Under the pieces are notes generated by a model. It was not told where the DNA came from and searched no databases. It worked only from the letters and a program-made list of their open reading frames with translations. A stretch of DNA of 35,912 nt from an uncultured Gammaproteobacteria bacterium. GTDB lineage: Bacteria; Patescibacteriota; Patescibacteriia; Buchananbacterales; UBA6539. Every line of letters starts with the position of its first letter. Position 1 is the first letter of the stretch. The stretch lies in NCBI GenBank assembly GCA_964470025.1, contig CAYXZR010000006.1, positions 1 through 35,912 of the forward strand, read 5' to 3'. Shown piece by piece: positions 19,876 to 28,330 of the stretch. The position numbers were made by a program, and so were the translations under genes.

Positions 19876-20238
19876 CTACTCGATTGGCTCGAAGTAGTAG
19901 GTACCCTCTTCCTCGTCTGTGTTTTGCTGATTTTCGTCCTGATTTTCAACTACTTTTGGATCAGCCATTTCTGCTGGTTCAAACTGCTTACTTTTGTTTA
20001 ACACCGCACCAACTGACTGCCAAGAATCATCAATATCTGCTAGGTTTTCAGTAGTTTCTGGCACTTCCTCTGCAACAGGTACTTCATGGTGTGGCTGTGC
20101 TACGGCTCCTTCTAATAACACCTCATATTGCTCAAGTGAGACAACAACAAAGCCTTCATGCTGCTCTTTATCAACGATAATACATGGAGAGTCAGTTTTC
20201 TTGGCTAATTTAATTGCTTTTTCAACAATATGAGACAT
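19876..20238 (-). CDS. hypothetical protein with a Phd/YefM-like N-terminal region and acidic disordered C-terminus
   Basis: 120-aa ORF inserted between fusA and tuf. The N-terminal ~45 aa (SPCIIVDKEQHEGFVVVSLEQYEVLLE) resembles the antitoxin-type fold pattern. No adjacent toxin ORF is present. Confidence 0.5.
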   Translation of the reverse strand: MSHIVEKAIKLAKKTDSPCIIVDKEQHEGFVVVSLEQYEVLLEGAVAQPHHEVPVAEEVPETTENLADIDDSWQSVGAVLNKSKQFEPAEMADPKVVENQDENQQNTDEEEGTYYFEPIE

Positions 20239-20255
20239 AGAATTTCGTATTAGTC

Positions 20256-22358
20256 TTAAGCTTTTGCTCGCTCACCTTTAACAACTTCTGCAACATTTGA
20301 TGGCACTTCTTGATAGTCAAGAAATTCCATAGCATATGATGCACGGCCTTGGGTCATTGATCGAAGCTCAGTTGCGTAGCCAAACATCTCGGCCAAAGGC
20401 ACCTTAGCGTCGATAACCTTCACTTGGTTTCGATCTCGCATTTCTTCGATCTGACCACGTTTTGATGAAAGGTTACCAATAACATCTCCCATGAATTCTT
20501 CAGGAGTAGTAACTTCCACGCTCATGATAGGCTCAAGAAGTACTGGGCCGGCTTTCTTCGCTGCATCAGCAAACGCCATAGAACCCGCTACCTTAAAAGC
20601 AACTTCAGAAGAGTCAACATCATGATATGAACCATCATATACTGTTGCTTTGAAATCGATAAGCTCAAATCCTGCAACAACACCTTTTTGTCGAGCCTCT
20701 TGAATACCTTTATTGATCGGTTGAATGTATTCTTTTGGAATTACACCACCTTTAACTTCATCTGCGAATTCATACCCTTTGCCAGCTTCGAGTGGTTCAA
20801 GTCGAATCCAACAGTGACCGTATTGACCACGACCACCAGATTGCTTAACAAACTTACCTTCTGCTTCAGCGGTTTTTCGAATAGTTTCACGATATGATAC
20901 TTGTGGCTTACCGATGTTTGCTTCCACCTTAAATTCTCGTTTCATACGATCAACGATAACTTCCAAGTGAAGCTCACCCATACCTGAGATCAGGGTCTGC
21001 ATAGTGTCTTCGTCAGTGTGTACTCGGAAAGTAGGATCTTCTTCTGATAACTTGCTCAATGCGATACCCATTTTTTCTTGGTCAGCCTTGGTCTTTGGTT
21101 CAATTGCTACAGAGATAACTGGTTCTGGGAAGCTAATACTTTCAAGCACGATTGGAGCGCCTTCAGTACAAAGTGTGTGACCAGTAAACGTTCCTTTCAA
21201 ACCAACTGCTGCTGCGATTTCTCCAGCATATACTTCATCTACTTCTTCTCGATCGTTGGCGTGCATTCGTAGAATTCGTCCGATACGTTCTTTTTCACCA
21301 GTCGATGAATTGTACACATATGAACCAGCCTTTAATGTACCTGAGTAGATTCGGAAGAAAACAATCTTACCAACGAATGGGTCAGTTGCAACCTTAAATG
21401 CAAGTGCTGCAAACTTTTCTTCATCTGCGTGTTCTCGCACGAGTTTCTTTTCTTCGTTTCGTGGGTCGAATCCTTCTACTGCTGGAATTTCTTTTGGTGA
21501 TGGGAGGAAGTCAACAACTGCATCAAGTAGTTGCTGTACACCCTTGTTTTTCAACGCTGAACCACACATTACTGGAATAATTTCGTTGTTGATAGTTGCG
21601 TGTCGAAGTACTCGCTTGATGTCTTCAAGTGCAATCTCTTCCCCACCAAGATACTTATTCATCAAGTCTTCATCGTGCTGTACTACTGCTTCGATAAGTT
21701 CTGCTCGGTATTTTGCAGCTTCTTCTTTCATGTCATCTGGAATATCTGTTACTTCAAACACTCTTCCCTCTTCATCCTTAAAGATCACTGCCTTTTCGGT
21801 AAGCAAGTCAATTACACCTTGGAAAGTGTCAGCTGCGCCGATTGGTAATTGAATTGGGTAAGCAGTTTTTGTAAGACGTTCATGAATTGATTTCATGTCA
21901 GCATAAAAATCTGCACCAGTTCGGTCCATCTTATTAATGAATGCCATCAGTGGCACTTTAAATTTTTCTGCTTGTCGAAACACTGTTTCTGACTGAGGTT
22001 CTACACCTGCAACACCGTCAAACACCAACACACCACCGTCAAGTACACGTAGTGAACGCTGTACTTCTACGGTAAAGTCGATGTGACCTGGGGTATCGAT
22101 GATGTTGATACGACACTTCTTGTCTTCTTCACCTCGTGGTGCCCAGAAACAAGTAGTCGCAGCTGAGGTAATTGTAATACCACGTTCTCGCTCTTGTTCC
22201 ATCCAGTCCATTTCAGCAGCACCTTCGTGCACTTCACCTACTTTGTGCTTTCGTCCAGTGTAGAACAAGATACGCTCGGTAACTGTTGTTTTACCCGCGT
22301 CGATATGAGCGATAATACCGATATTTCGAGTTTTTTCTAAAGAATATTCTCGAGCCAT
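20256..22358 (-). CDS. fusA: elongation factor G
   Basis: 700 aa with [14 protein letters not shown] and NKMD motifs. Confidence 0.98.
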   Translation of the reverse strand: MAREYSLEKTRNIGIIAHIDAGKTTVTERILFYTGRKHKVGEVHEGAAEMDWMEQERERGITITSAATTCFWAPRGEEDKKCRINIIDTPGHIDFTVEVQRSLRVLDGGVLVFDGVAGVEPQSETVFRQAEKFKVPLMAFINKMDRTGADFYADMKSIHERLTKTAYPIQLPIGAADTFQGVIDLLTEKAVIFKDEEGRVFEVTDIPDDMKEEAAKYRAELIEAVVQHDEDLMNKYLGGEEIALEDIKRVLRHATINNEIIPVMCGSALKNKGVQQLLDAVVDFLPSPKEIPAVEGFDPRNEEKKLVREHADEEKFAALAFKVATDPFVGKIVFFRIYSGTLKAGSYVYNSSTGEKERIGRILRMHANDREEVDEVYAGEIAAAVGLKGTFTGHTLCTEGAPIVLESISFPEPVISVAIEPKTKADQEKMGIALSKLSEEDPTFRVHTDEDTMQTLISGMGELHLEVIVDRMKREFKVEANIGKPQVSYRETIRKTAEAEGKFVKQSGGRGQYGHCWIRLEPLEAGKGYEFADEVKGGVIPKEYIQPINKGIQEARQKGVVAGFELIDFKATVYDGSYHDVDSSEVAFKVAGSMAFADAAKKAGPVLLEPIMSVEVTTPEEFMGDVIGNLSSKRGQIEEMRDRNQVKVIDAKVPLAEMFGYATELRSMTQGRASYAMEFLDYQEVPSNVAEVVKGERAKA

Positions 22359-22379
22359 GTTAGTAATCTAAATGTTTAA

Positions 22380-22850
22380 TTATCCACGACGACCAAAGTG
22401 AGCAAAAGCACGGTTTGCCTCTGCCATCTTGTAGACGTCTTGTCGTTTTTTAATTGCTGAACCTTCTTGGTTTGCAGCAGCCATGATTTCATCTGCTAAA
22501 CGCTTTGCCATTGCTGCGCCTTTTCGTGCGCGGGCTGCGTCGATAAGCCATCGGTATGCTAGTGTTTGCTTTCGGTTACCAAATACTGCAACTGGAATCT
22601 GATAGTTACCACCACCAACACGTCGTGATTTTACTTCAACGTCTGGTGAAATGTTTTTCATAGCATTTTCAAACACATCGACTGGCTCTTTGCCTGTTTC
22701 TTTTTTGATAATTTCAAACGCACCGTACACGATTGACTGCGCAGTGGTTTTCTTACCGTTTTTCATGATTTGGTTGATGAACTTTGAGATCTCAACACTG
22801 TTGAATTGTGGGTCTGGAACGATCACCCGTTGTGGAGTTTTTCCTCGCAT
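22380..22850 (-). CDS. rpsG: 30S ribosomal protein S7
   Basis: 156 aa in str-operon order. Confidence 0.95.
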   Translation of the reverse strand: MRGKTPQRVIVPDPQFNSVEISKFINQIMKNGKKTTAQSIVYGAFEIIKKETGKEPVDVFENAMKNISPDVEVKSRRVGGGNYQIPVAVFGNRKQTLAYRWLIDAARARKGAAMAKRLADEIMAAANQEGSAIKKRQDVYKMAEANRAFAHFGRRG

Positions 22851-22874
22851 ATATTTTATCTAATCGTTACTGAA

Positions 22875-23303
22875 TTATTCTGATTTTGCAGAAGCTTTCT
22901 TAGCTCCATATCGTGAACGGCTCTTCTTTCGACCTTGAACTCCTTGGGTATCATATACACCTCGAACTACTTGATATCGCACACCGTTAAGGTCCTTAAC
23001 ACGACCACCACGTAATAGCACGATAGAGTGTTCTTGTAGATTGTGCCCTTCTCCAGGGATGTACGCGGTTACTTCCATACCATTTGAAAGACGTACACGA
23101 GCGATCTTTCGAAGCGCTGAGTTAGGCTTTTTAGGTGTCATTGTGGTTACTTTGACACATACACCACGCTTAAAAGGCGCACCCTTTGGCATGGTGGTTG
23201 TTTTTCGGTGCAAGGTGTCGTTGACAATCTGCATTGCTGGAGATTTTGACTTACGAGCCTTGGTTGACCGAGGTTTTCGGATTAATTGGCTAATTGTAGG
23301 CAT
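22875..23303 (-). CDS. rpsL: 30S ribosomal protein S12
   Basis: The start is trimmed to [10 protein letters not shown] (ATG 23303). [10 protein letters not shown] motif present. Confidence 0.95.
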   Translation of the reverse strand: MPTISQLIRKPRSTKARKSKSPAMQIVNDTLHRKTTTMPKGAPFKRGVCVKVTTMTPKKPNSALRKIARVRLSNGMEVTAYIPGEGHNLQEHSIVLLRGGRVKDLNGVRYQVVRGVYDTQGVQGRKKSRSRYGAKKASAKSE

Positions 23304-23321
23304 AATTCCTATCTTCTTCAC

Positions 23322-23356
23322 CCTGCGCGTACCACCTAAATTGAGTAAGACGCAGG
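23322..23356 (-). promoter_or_regulatory. stem-loop in the rpsL 5' leader
   Basis: CCTGCG...CGCAGG arms enclose 23 nt, ending ~19 nt upstream of the rpsL ATG. Confidence 0.3.
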
Positions 23357-23371
23357 ATTACTTAAATTATT

Positions 23372-23391
23372 AAAAATCTGCCATGTGGCAG
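23372..23391 (-). terminator. intrinsic terminator after the M50 peptidase gene
   Basis: Minus strand reads CTGCCACATGGCAG followed by ATTTTTAAT. Confidence 0.55.
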
Positions 23392-23423
23392 TGCATAAAT
23401 GCATGAGTATAGTACCGACTTTT

Positions 23424-24104
23424 TTACAATAAGTCAAGGACCGCGGCAATCTGAGGGATAATGCCAAATCCAAGTGCTAAATAGACCATGATATAGTTGA
23501 TAATTTGGCTAATTACAGAGAAAAATAGAAAAAGTAAGGCTAGTGAGATAAACAGTCCATAACGTGCCATGATCATTGGGTTTGCTAGTGGGGTTTTTGC
23601 AACCAGCTTAGCTACTGGATTAAAGGTCATAAGGAAGTTGTACCCATCGAAGCTTGGCAATGGCATGGCGTTAAATACCGCCAATACGATGTTTAGGACA
23701 AACGCTAGCACGAGCATGATAACACCAAGATTTTCTGTACCAAGTCCGATATTAGTCAGCACTTTAATCAATGCTGCCGCAATCACTGCAAGCGCTAGAT
23801 TGGTCAAAATACCAGCTGCTGCAACCCATCGATATGCTGCTTTACCACCTTTAAGACGAGTGAAATTAACTGGAACTGGCTTAGCCCAGCCAAAAAGAAA
23901 TGGTGATTGTGAAATTACTAGCAGAAATGGCATCAGCAATGAACCAATTGGATCAATATGAGGAATTGGATTTAATGTCAGTCGATTAAGTTTTTTTGCC
24001 GTATCATCACCAAATTTTAAGGCAACCCAACCATGTGCAACTTCGTGCAAAATGACTGAGTAAATAAATACTGCAAAATATATTACAAAAATAATTGAAA
24101 TCAT
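23424..24104 (-). CDS. peptidase M50 (site-2-protease-like) membrane metalloprotease
   Basis: 226 aa, multi-TM, with the HEVAHG (HExxH) motif in the first TM region. Confidence 0.8.
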   Translation of the reverse strand: MISIIFVIYFAVFIYSVILHEVAHGWVALKFGDDTAKKLNRLTLNPIPHIDPIGSLLMPFLLVISQSPFLFGWAKPVPVNFTRLKGGKAAYRWVAAAGILTNLALAVIAAALIKVLTNIGLGTENLGVIMLVLAFVLNIVLAVFNAMPLPSFDGYNFLMTFNPVAKLVAKTPLANPMIMARYGLFISLALLFLFFSVISQIINYIMVYLALGFGIIPQIAAVLDLL

Positions 24105-24142
24105 ACTTTACGATAGTATCACGTTTATTATGATATTTCTAG

Positions 24143-24175
24143 ACAAAGAAAAAAGTCAGCGTGTTTGGCTGACTT
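24143..24175 (-). terminator. intrinsic terminator after the PG-binding-domain gene
   Basis: Minus strand reads AAGTCAGC-CAAACAC-GCTGACTT then TTTTTCTTTG. It begins 6 nt after the TGA stop. Confidence 0.7.
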
Positions 24176-24181
24176 AAAAGG

Positions 24182-24553
24182 TCACATGGTTTTAAAGCTA
24201 GGCCAGATTATTCTTTCACCTTTTGAGTTAAAAGTTATAGTCTTGCCCGAACTACCTGGAATTGTATCAAGATTAGAGTCGAAGTATATTTTGAGCATTC
24301 GCTTTGTTTCTTGATCAATTGCACCTGTTTCGGCAACACCTAGCTTTCTTTGAAGACGACACACTGCATTCTCGAGATCTGTATCGAAAATTGATGTATC
24401 CTGACAGCCTGCAAGAAAGCCCATGTGCCGACCAAGCCATACTGCAAGTAACGCACGCAGAAACACTACGGCATTTCCACTACTTCTCTGCTCTGGCTTA
24501 GTAGGATTACATGGAAGAAGTACTGGTGGAAACATCATCTGATCGTTATACAT
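24182..24553 (-). CDS. peptidoglycan-binding-domain (PG_binding_1-like) protein
   Basis: 123 aa with a pattern like SGNAVVFLRALL...DTDLENAVCRLQRKLGVAETGAIDQETKRML. It is the only CDS in the window that ends in TGA. Confidence 0.6.
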   Translation of the reverse strand: MYNDQMMFPPVLLPCNPTKPEQRSSGNAVVFLRALLAVWLGRHMGFLAGCQDTSIFDTDLENAVCRLQRKLGVAETGAIDQETKRMLKIYFDSNLDTIPGSSGKTITFNSKGERIIWPSFKTM

Positions 24554-24604
24554 GGCAATGATCCATCCTTCTTAAATATTGCAAGCTGGCGAAATTACAC
24601 TGGC

Positions 24605-24633
24605 AACGTATATTTTTTTTGACTCTTTGTCAA
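24605..24633 (-). promoter_or_regulatory. sigma70-like promoter (TTGACA-17-TACGTT)
   Basis: The -35 box abuts the T-run of the upstream terminator. Confidence 0.35.
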
Positions 24634-24662
24634 ATAAAAAACAGCCTGGATATATGAGGCTG
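24634..24662 (-). terminator. intrinsic terminator after the lipoprotein gene
   Basis: Minus strand reads CAGCCT-CATATATCC-AGGCTG followed by TTTTTTATT. Confidence 0.65.
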
Positions 24663-24678
24663 CTTTTTATTTAGTCTT

Positions 24679-25356
24679 CTAGTTAAATCGGAATGACCGT
24701 ACCATTTCTTCAAAAATTTCCATCTCGTGCTCGGTTGGACCTTGCTTTTTCATAGTGAACGTATAAGTTACTCCTCGTCGATTGAAAATATACATTACAA
24801 CCGTTACTCCCTCCATCTCTCCTTCTCTAATCACACCTTGAATTCGTGGAGCGGTAATACCCTCAATAATTGTTTCACCTTCTACGATTCGAGCGAGTTC
24901 TGCCTTCGTGTCGGTAATTACATTTTCGACATCTTCTGTTGAAGCCGCAACTACAATTGCTCCCAGTGGATTGCTTGCAAAACTTGGAGGTGTTACTGGA
25001 TCTACGATGAAGTAATCAAATACGGTATCACTTGAAATCTCTGGCTCAATGTAATGTCTCCAGTACCAGTTTTGTGGATGACGAATTTGATATGCTACAG
25101 ATCTATTTTCAAAACTTGACCACTCAATATTTATTTTTTGATCTGCATCATCTTTATCATCTTCCATCATTGCATCATCTTTATCATCTTCCATCATTGC
25201 ATCATCTTTATCATCTTCCATTGCGGTGTCAGATGAATTTGTGTTTTTATTTGCCCCGTCTTGTTGATTTGCGAGTGGTTGCACGCACGCAGTAGCTGCA
25301 AACAATGTAAGTATAGCGATCGTGAATAATTTTATAGACATATATTTTTCATTCAT
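24679..25356 (-). CDS. lipoprotein with acidic tandem repeat (MEDDKDDAM x3)
   Basis: Signal peptide with a lipobox-like FAATAC, then three 9-aa repeats. The C-terminal domain is unassigned. Confidence 0.7.
   Translation of the reverse strand: MNEKYMSIKLFTIAILTLFAATACVQPLANQQDGANKNTNSSDTAMEDDKDDAMMEDDKDDAMMEDDKDDADQKINIEWSSFENRSVAYQIRHPQNWYWRHYIEPEISSDTVFDYFIVDPVTPPSFASNPLGAIVVAASTEDVENVITDTKAELARIVEGETIIEGITAPRIQGVIREGEMEGVTVVMYIFNRRGVTYTFTMKKQGPTEHEMEIFEEMVRSFRFN
25144..25221. repeat. 27-nt tandem repeat, 2.9 copies (tgcatcatctttatcatcttccatcat)
   Basis: Exact copies lie at 25144-25170 and 25171-25197, with a partial third copy. The repeat is in-frame within the lipoprotein CDS. Confidence 0.9.
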
Positions 25357-25359
25357 TAA

Positions 25360-25956
25360 TTATGCTTTCCACCCTCCTTTAAATACTATCTCGCTTTGCT
25401 CTTTTCGTGAGCGTTGCGCTGATTGTCTTTTTTGCAGCTCCTCTGAGAGCTCTTGTGGATCACCTGGATATCCAATTGCCATCATGGTTAATGCAGTTAC
25501 TTCTTTTGGTATTGAAAGTGCTTTATGTGCTGCATCTGCGTCAAACCCTGCCATTTCGTGCGCGACAAGCCCGAGGTCAACAGCTTGTAAAAAAAGGCTA
25601 TACGTAGCTGCGCCGGCATCATATCGGTTATGCTTGTTTGGCTTATCGTTGCGTGAAAATGTAGGGATCGTACATATTAAGAGTAGCATAAAGGCATTTT
25701 TTGCCCAACTATTGCCATCAGTTAGTAGTTCTGCAAGCTTACTATACTCCTCTTCGTTTTCCTTAGTAGTGTAGATAAACCGCCATGGCTGCTCATTGAA
25801 TGAAGATGGTGCCCAGCGTGCTGCTTCAAAAAGTGTGTCGATTTTTTCCTGCTCAATTGGCTCTTGAGAAAATGCAAGTGGTGACCAACGACGTGCGATA
25901 AGGGAATTAATAGCTATGCTCGTTGGTGCTGGTTTTTCTGGATATTGATGTGACAT
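25360..25956 (-). CDS. nitroreductase-family oxidoreductase
   Basis: 198 aa with RRWSPLAF...LFEAARWAPSSFNEQPWRF, typical of the family. Confidence 0.8.
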   Translation of the reverse strand: MSHQYPEKPAPTSIAINSLIARRWSPLAFSQEPIEQEKIDTLFEAARWAPSSFNEQPWRFIYTTKENEEEYSKLAELLTDGNSWAKNAFMLLLICTIPTFSRNDKPNKHNRYDAGAATYSLFLQAVDLGLVAHEMAGFDADAAHKALSIPKEVTALTMMAIGYPGDPQELSEELQKRQSAQRSRKEQSEIVFKGGWKA

Positions 25957-25966
25957 GAGTACTTTT

Positions 25967-26533
25967 TTATTTTTTAGCTGTTCCCCGCTTAAGCGCTTTA
26001 TCTAATAATACTAGTTCGTGATCTGAAATTTCTGCCAGTGCAATATTTACTGACGTATGTGTGAAATTAATGTTAACACCTTTCTTATTTACTAATGCTA
26101 TCGCAGCACCTCTATGTGACCCATCAATACAAACTATGGTACCATCTTCTTTTTTCAGTCCAATCATTTCTGTGGTAAATGGGAGATTGTTACTAATATT
26201 TTTTATCCCTTGATGATTTGAGGCCCAATTATAGAATTGAGCTACTTGAACTGCAGAAATAAATGAATGTTTGTTTTTTTCATGAAAGTGCTTTTGCCAG
26301 CCTTGGTATGGTCCGATAAGCATTTCAGGAACTTGGTTATATGGATCATTAAATTTATATAGCTGCCATTTTCTGAGTTCGAGCTGTAACTGCGAAGTAG
26401 TATGCAGCCTCCATTGATCCCAACTCTCCCAGCCTTTACTTTTTGCTAATTTAACCCATGACTCACTTGATGTCTCGCGAGATTTCCAATTTGCAAAAAC
26501 AGTCGTCCAATTTATTTTTCTTAATAATATCAT
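25967..26533 (-). CDS. hypothetical protein with a ParB/sulfiredoxin-like DGSHR motif
   Basis: 188 aa and Trp-rich. IVCIDGSHRGAAIAL resembles the DGxHR core of ParB-like nuclease domains. The assignment is weak. Confidence 0.4.
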   Translation of the reverse strand: MILLRKINWTTVFANWKSRETSSESWVKLAKSKGWESWDQWRLHTTSQLQLELRKWQLYKFNDPYNQVPEMLIGPYQGWQKHFHEKNKHSFISAVQVAQFYNWASNHQGIKNISNNLPFTTEMIGLKKEDGTIVCIDGSHRGAAIALVNKKGVNINFTHTSVNIALAEISDHELVLLDKALKRGTAKK

Positions 26534-26540
26534 ACTCTTA

Positions 26541-26617
26541 TGGTCGGGCTGGCCGGACTTGAACCGGCGACCTCACGCACCCCATGCGTACGCGCTAGCC
26601 AACTGCGCTACAGCCCG
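26541..26617 (-). tRNA. tRNA-Pro (anticodon GGG), CCA encoded
   Basis: Hand-folded cloverleaf with anticodon loop AUGGGGU. It has C1:G72 and A73, as in bacterial tRNA-Pro. Confidence 0.9.
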
Positions 26618-26651
26618 TATAGTGGGTGCCTACTACTATTGTACCGATAAT

Positions 26652-26684
26652 AAAACAACCACGCAAATCGTGGTATTTTTATTT
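26652..26684. terminator. bidirectional terminator-like hairpin upstream of tRNA-Pro(GGG)
   Basis: ACCACG-CAAAT-CGTGGT is flanked by an A-run on one side and a T-run on the other. It reads as hairpin plus U-tract on both strands. Confidence 0.5.
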
Positions 26685-26832
26685 GAACTTCACTGCGGCC
26701 GCAAGATTTTGGCTTTGTTACAGCCGGCCATGTCGGACATGATCGCCGATAAATAAAGTATTACGTCTACTTATGGTAACCACATACGTATTTGACCTTA
26801 TGGGTCCGCAGAATACTTGCCGCAGCAAGATA

Positions 26833-26892
26833 TCATTTGTTCCCTACTCCAACGATTGTCCCAAAACTTAACAAACCATCAGTGAAGTTCAT
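26833..26892 (-). CDS. possible 19-aa leaderless small ORF (MNFTDGLLSFGTIVGVGNK, TGA stop)
   Basis: The ATG lies 4 nt after a predicted -10 box. There is no SD sequence. Coding status is unproven. Confidence 0.2.
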   Translation of the reverse strand: MNFTDGLLSFGTIVGVGNK

Positions 26893-26896
26893 AGTT

Positions 26897-26925
26897 AGTT
26901 TACCATTCATGGAAATGATGGTCAA
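26897..26925 (-). promoter_or_regulatory. sigma70-like promoter (TTGACC-17-TAAACT)
   Basis: It abuts the aroG terminator T-run, the same architecture as six other sites in the window. Confidence 0.4.
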
Positions 26926-26956
26926 AATAAAAATCCGACAAGAAAATCTTGTCGGA
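26926..26956 (-). terminator. intrinsic terminator after the DAHP synthase gene
   Basis: Minus strand reads TCCGACAAG-ATTTT-CTTGTCGGA followed by TTTTTATTTTG. Confidence 0.75.
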
Positions 26957-26975
26957 TGAAAGAGCAGATAGGATA

Positions 26976-28049
26976 CTACACCAGCATTTCGTATGCTTCT
27001 GCTAGCAAGCTAGCGGTTGCATCCCAATCCAAACATGGGTCAGTGATTGAAGTGCCATACCGCAGCTTGCGCAATGCGTCGGGTGCTGGAGAAAACTTTT
27101 GACTCCCTCCATTAATGTGACTTTCCAGCATGAGGCCCATGATAGTAGGATTGTTCGCACGGCGCTGACGAAGCACTGCTTTGAAAATTCCTGGTTGCGC
27201 AGTTGCGTCTTTACCAGAGTTTGCATGACTGCAGTCAACCATGATGCGGTCATTAACCCCAGCCTCCTGACACTTCATTGCCACTGCAGCTATTTCCTGC
27301 TCGCCGTAGTTTGAGCCACCCGAACCTCCGCGTAAGACGATGTGTCCAAAGCGATTGCCAGCGGTGGTTAGGGTTGAGACATGACCTGCGCCGTTAATAC
27401 CTAGAAAGCAGTGCTTACCAGCTGCAGCTAACATGCCGTGAATGGCAAGATCTACACTACCTCCCGTGCCGTTCTTGAATCCAAATGGCATGGAAAGCCC
27501 GCTTGCCATCTGTCGATGTGTTTGACTTTCAGCAGTGCGCGCTCCAAGGCATGCCCAGCTGATAACATCGGAAGTGTAGGCTGGGACGATCGGGTCCAAG
27601 AACTCGGTGCCGGTTGGCAAGCCCAGTTCATTGATGGCGATGAGGATTTTACGTGCCTGCTGAAACCCCTCTCGCACGTTAAACGAACCATTCAGCCAAG
27701 GATCGTTGATTAAGCCAGTCCAACCAAGTGTAGTACGCGGCTTCTCGAAGTAAGTTCGCATAAGGATTTCCATGCGATCTGCATAAGTCTGACGAAGCTC
27801 AACGAGACGCTCTGCGTAGTCGAGTGCAGCCTTTTCATCATGAATAGAGCATGGCCCCACAAGTACCAGTAACCGATTGTCTTCGCCGGTGATAATACGA
27901 CGAATTGCCTCTCGAGAAGCAGTGACAGTCTCTGCGGCTACATCAGTAATGGGAAGCATCTCAAGCACCCTATCAGGCGGGAGAAGCTCAGTGGTGCCAG
28001 TAATATTGAGATTATTAGTCCTTAAGTGTTCTGCAACTGCATTTGTCAT
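26976..28049 (-). CDS. aroG: 3-deoxy-7-phosphoheptulonate (DAHP) synthase, class I alpha (AroG/F/H type)
   Basis: 357 aa with GPCSIHD, KPRT, GARTAESQTHRQ and DCSHANS motifs, preceded by an AGGAGA SD. The isozyme specificity is not known. Confidence 0.92.
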   Translation of the reverse strand: MTNAVAEHLRTNNLNITGTTELLPPDRVLEMLPITDVAAETVTASREAIRRIITGEDNRLLVLVGPCSIHDEKAALDYAERLVELRQTYADRMEILMRTYFEKPRTTLGWTGLINDPWLNGSFNVREGFQQARKILIAINELGLPTGTEFLDPIVPAYTSDVISWACLGARTAESQTHRQMASGLSMPFGFKNGTGGSVDLAIHGMLAAAGKHCFLGINGAGHVSTLTTAGNRFGHIVLRGGSGGSNYGEQEIAAVAMKCQEAGVNDRIMVDCSHANSGKDATAQPGIFKAVLRQRRANNPTIMGLMLESHINGGSQKFSPAPDALRKLRYGTSITDPCLDWDATASLLAEAYEMLV

Positions 28050-28167
28050 AAGTGTATTCTCCTGACATTGGTGGAAGTGGCGGTACTATGTACTGCGGTT
28101 ACAATTTACTGCTTGTGATTCTTGTGATTGTTGTGCCCTGTAGTTCCTTTTTTAATGTAATGTGCGA

Positions 28168-28199
28168 TAAACAAAAAACTGACCTTTTTTAGACCAGTT
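28168..28199 (-). terminator. attenuator terminator in the DAHP synthase leader
   Basis: Minus strand reads AACTGGTCT-AAAAA-AGGTCAGTT followed by TTTTTTGTTTATC. Confidence 0.65.
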
Positions 28200-28232
28200 G
28201 CTTTGATACGTATTCACGACAAACTAACTGAT

Positions 28233-28286
28233 CTATAGGTCAGTAAAGAAAAAGCTAAAGAAATAGTTAGAATGTTGTGCTTTCAT
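28233..28286 (-). CDS. Phe/Tyr-rich leader peptide MKAQHSNYFFSFFFTDL
   Basis: 17 codons, checked codon by codon. There are 5 Phe in 6 consecutive positions, preceded by Tyr, with a TAG stop at 28235-28233. Confidence 0.7.
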   Translation of the reverse strand: MKAQHSNYFFSFFFTDL

Positions 28287-28296
28287 ATCTATTTTG

Positions 28297-28325
28297 AGCT
28301 TATACCTCAGAGTATGATTTGTCAA
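28297..28325 (-). promoter_or_regulatory. promoter (TTGACA, then -10 TATAAG/TAAGCT)
   Basis: It abuts the leuA terminator T-run and sits ~10 nt upstream of the leader ATG. Confidence 0.45.
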
Positions 28326-28330
28326 GAAAA

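Noticed and set aside
8523-22863. Dozens of 60-150 aa track ORFs antisense to, or out of frame with, the ribosomal protein, tuf and fusA genes (for example 8523..8711, 9035..9364, 11127..11483, 18841..19296, 21544..21852)
   Set aside because: They lie entirely inside strongly supported conserved CDS, have low-complexity or Cys/Phe/Ser-rich translations, and have no signals of their own. They are shadow ORFs.
26559-26756. Track ORF 26559..26756(+)
   Set aside because: It starts inside tRNA-Pro(GGG) on the opposite strand, so it is spurious.
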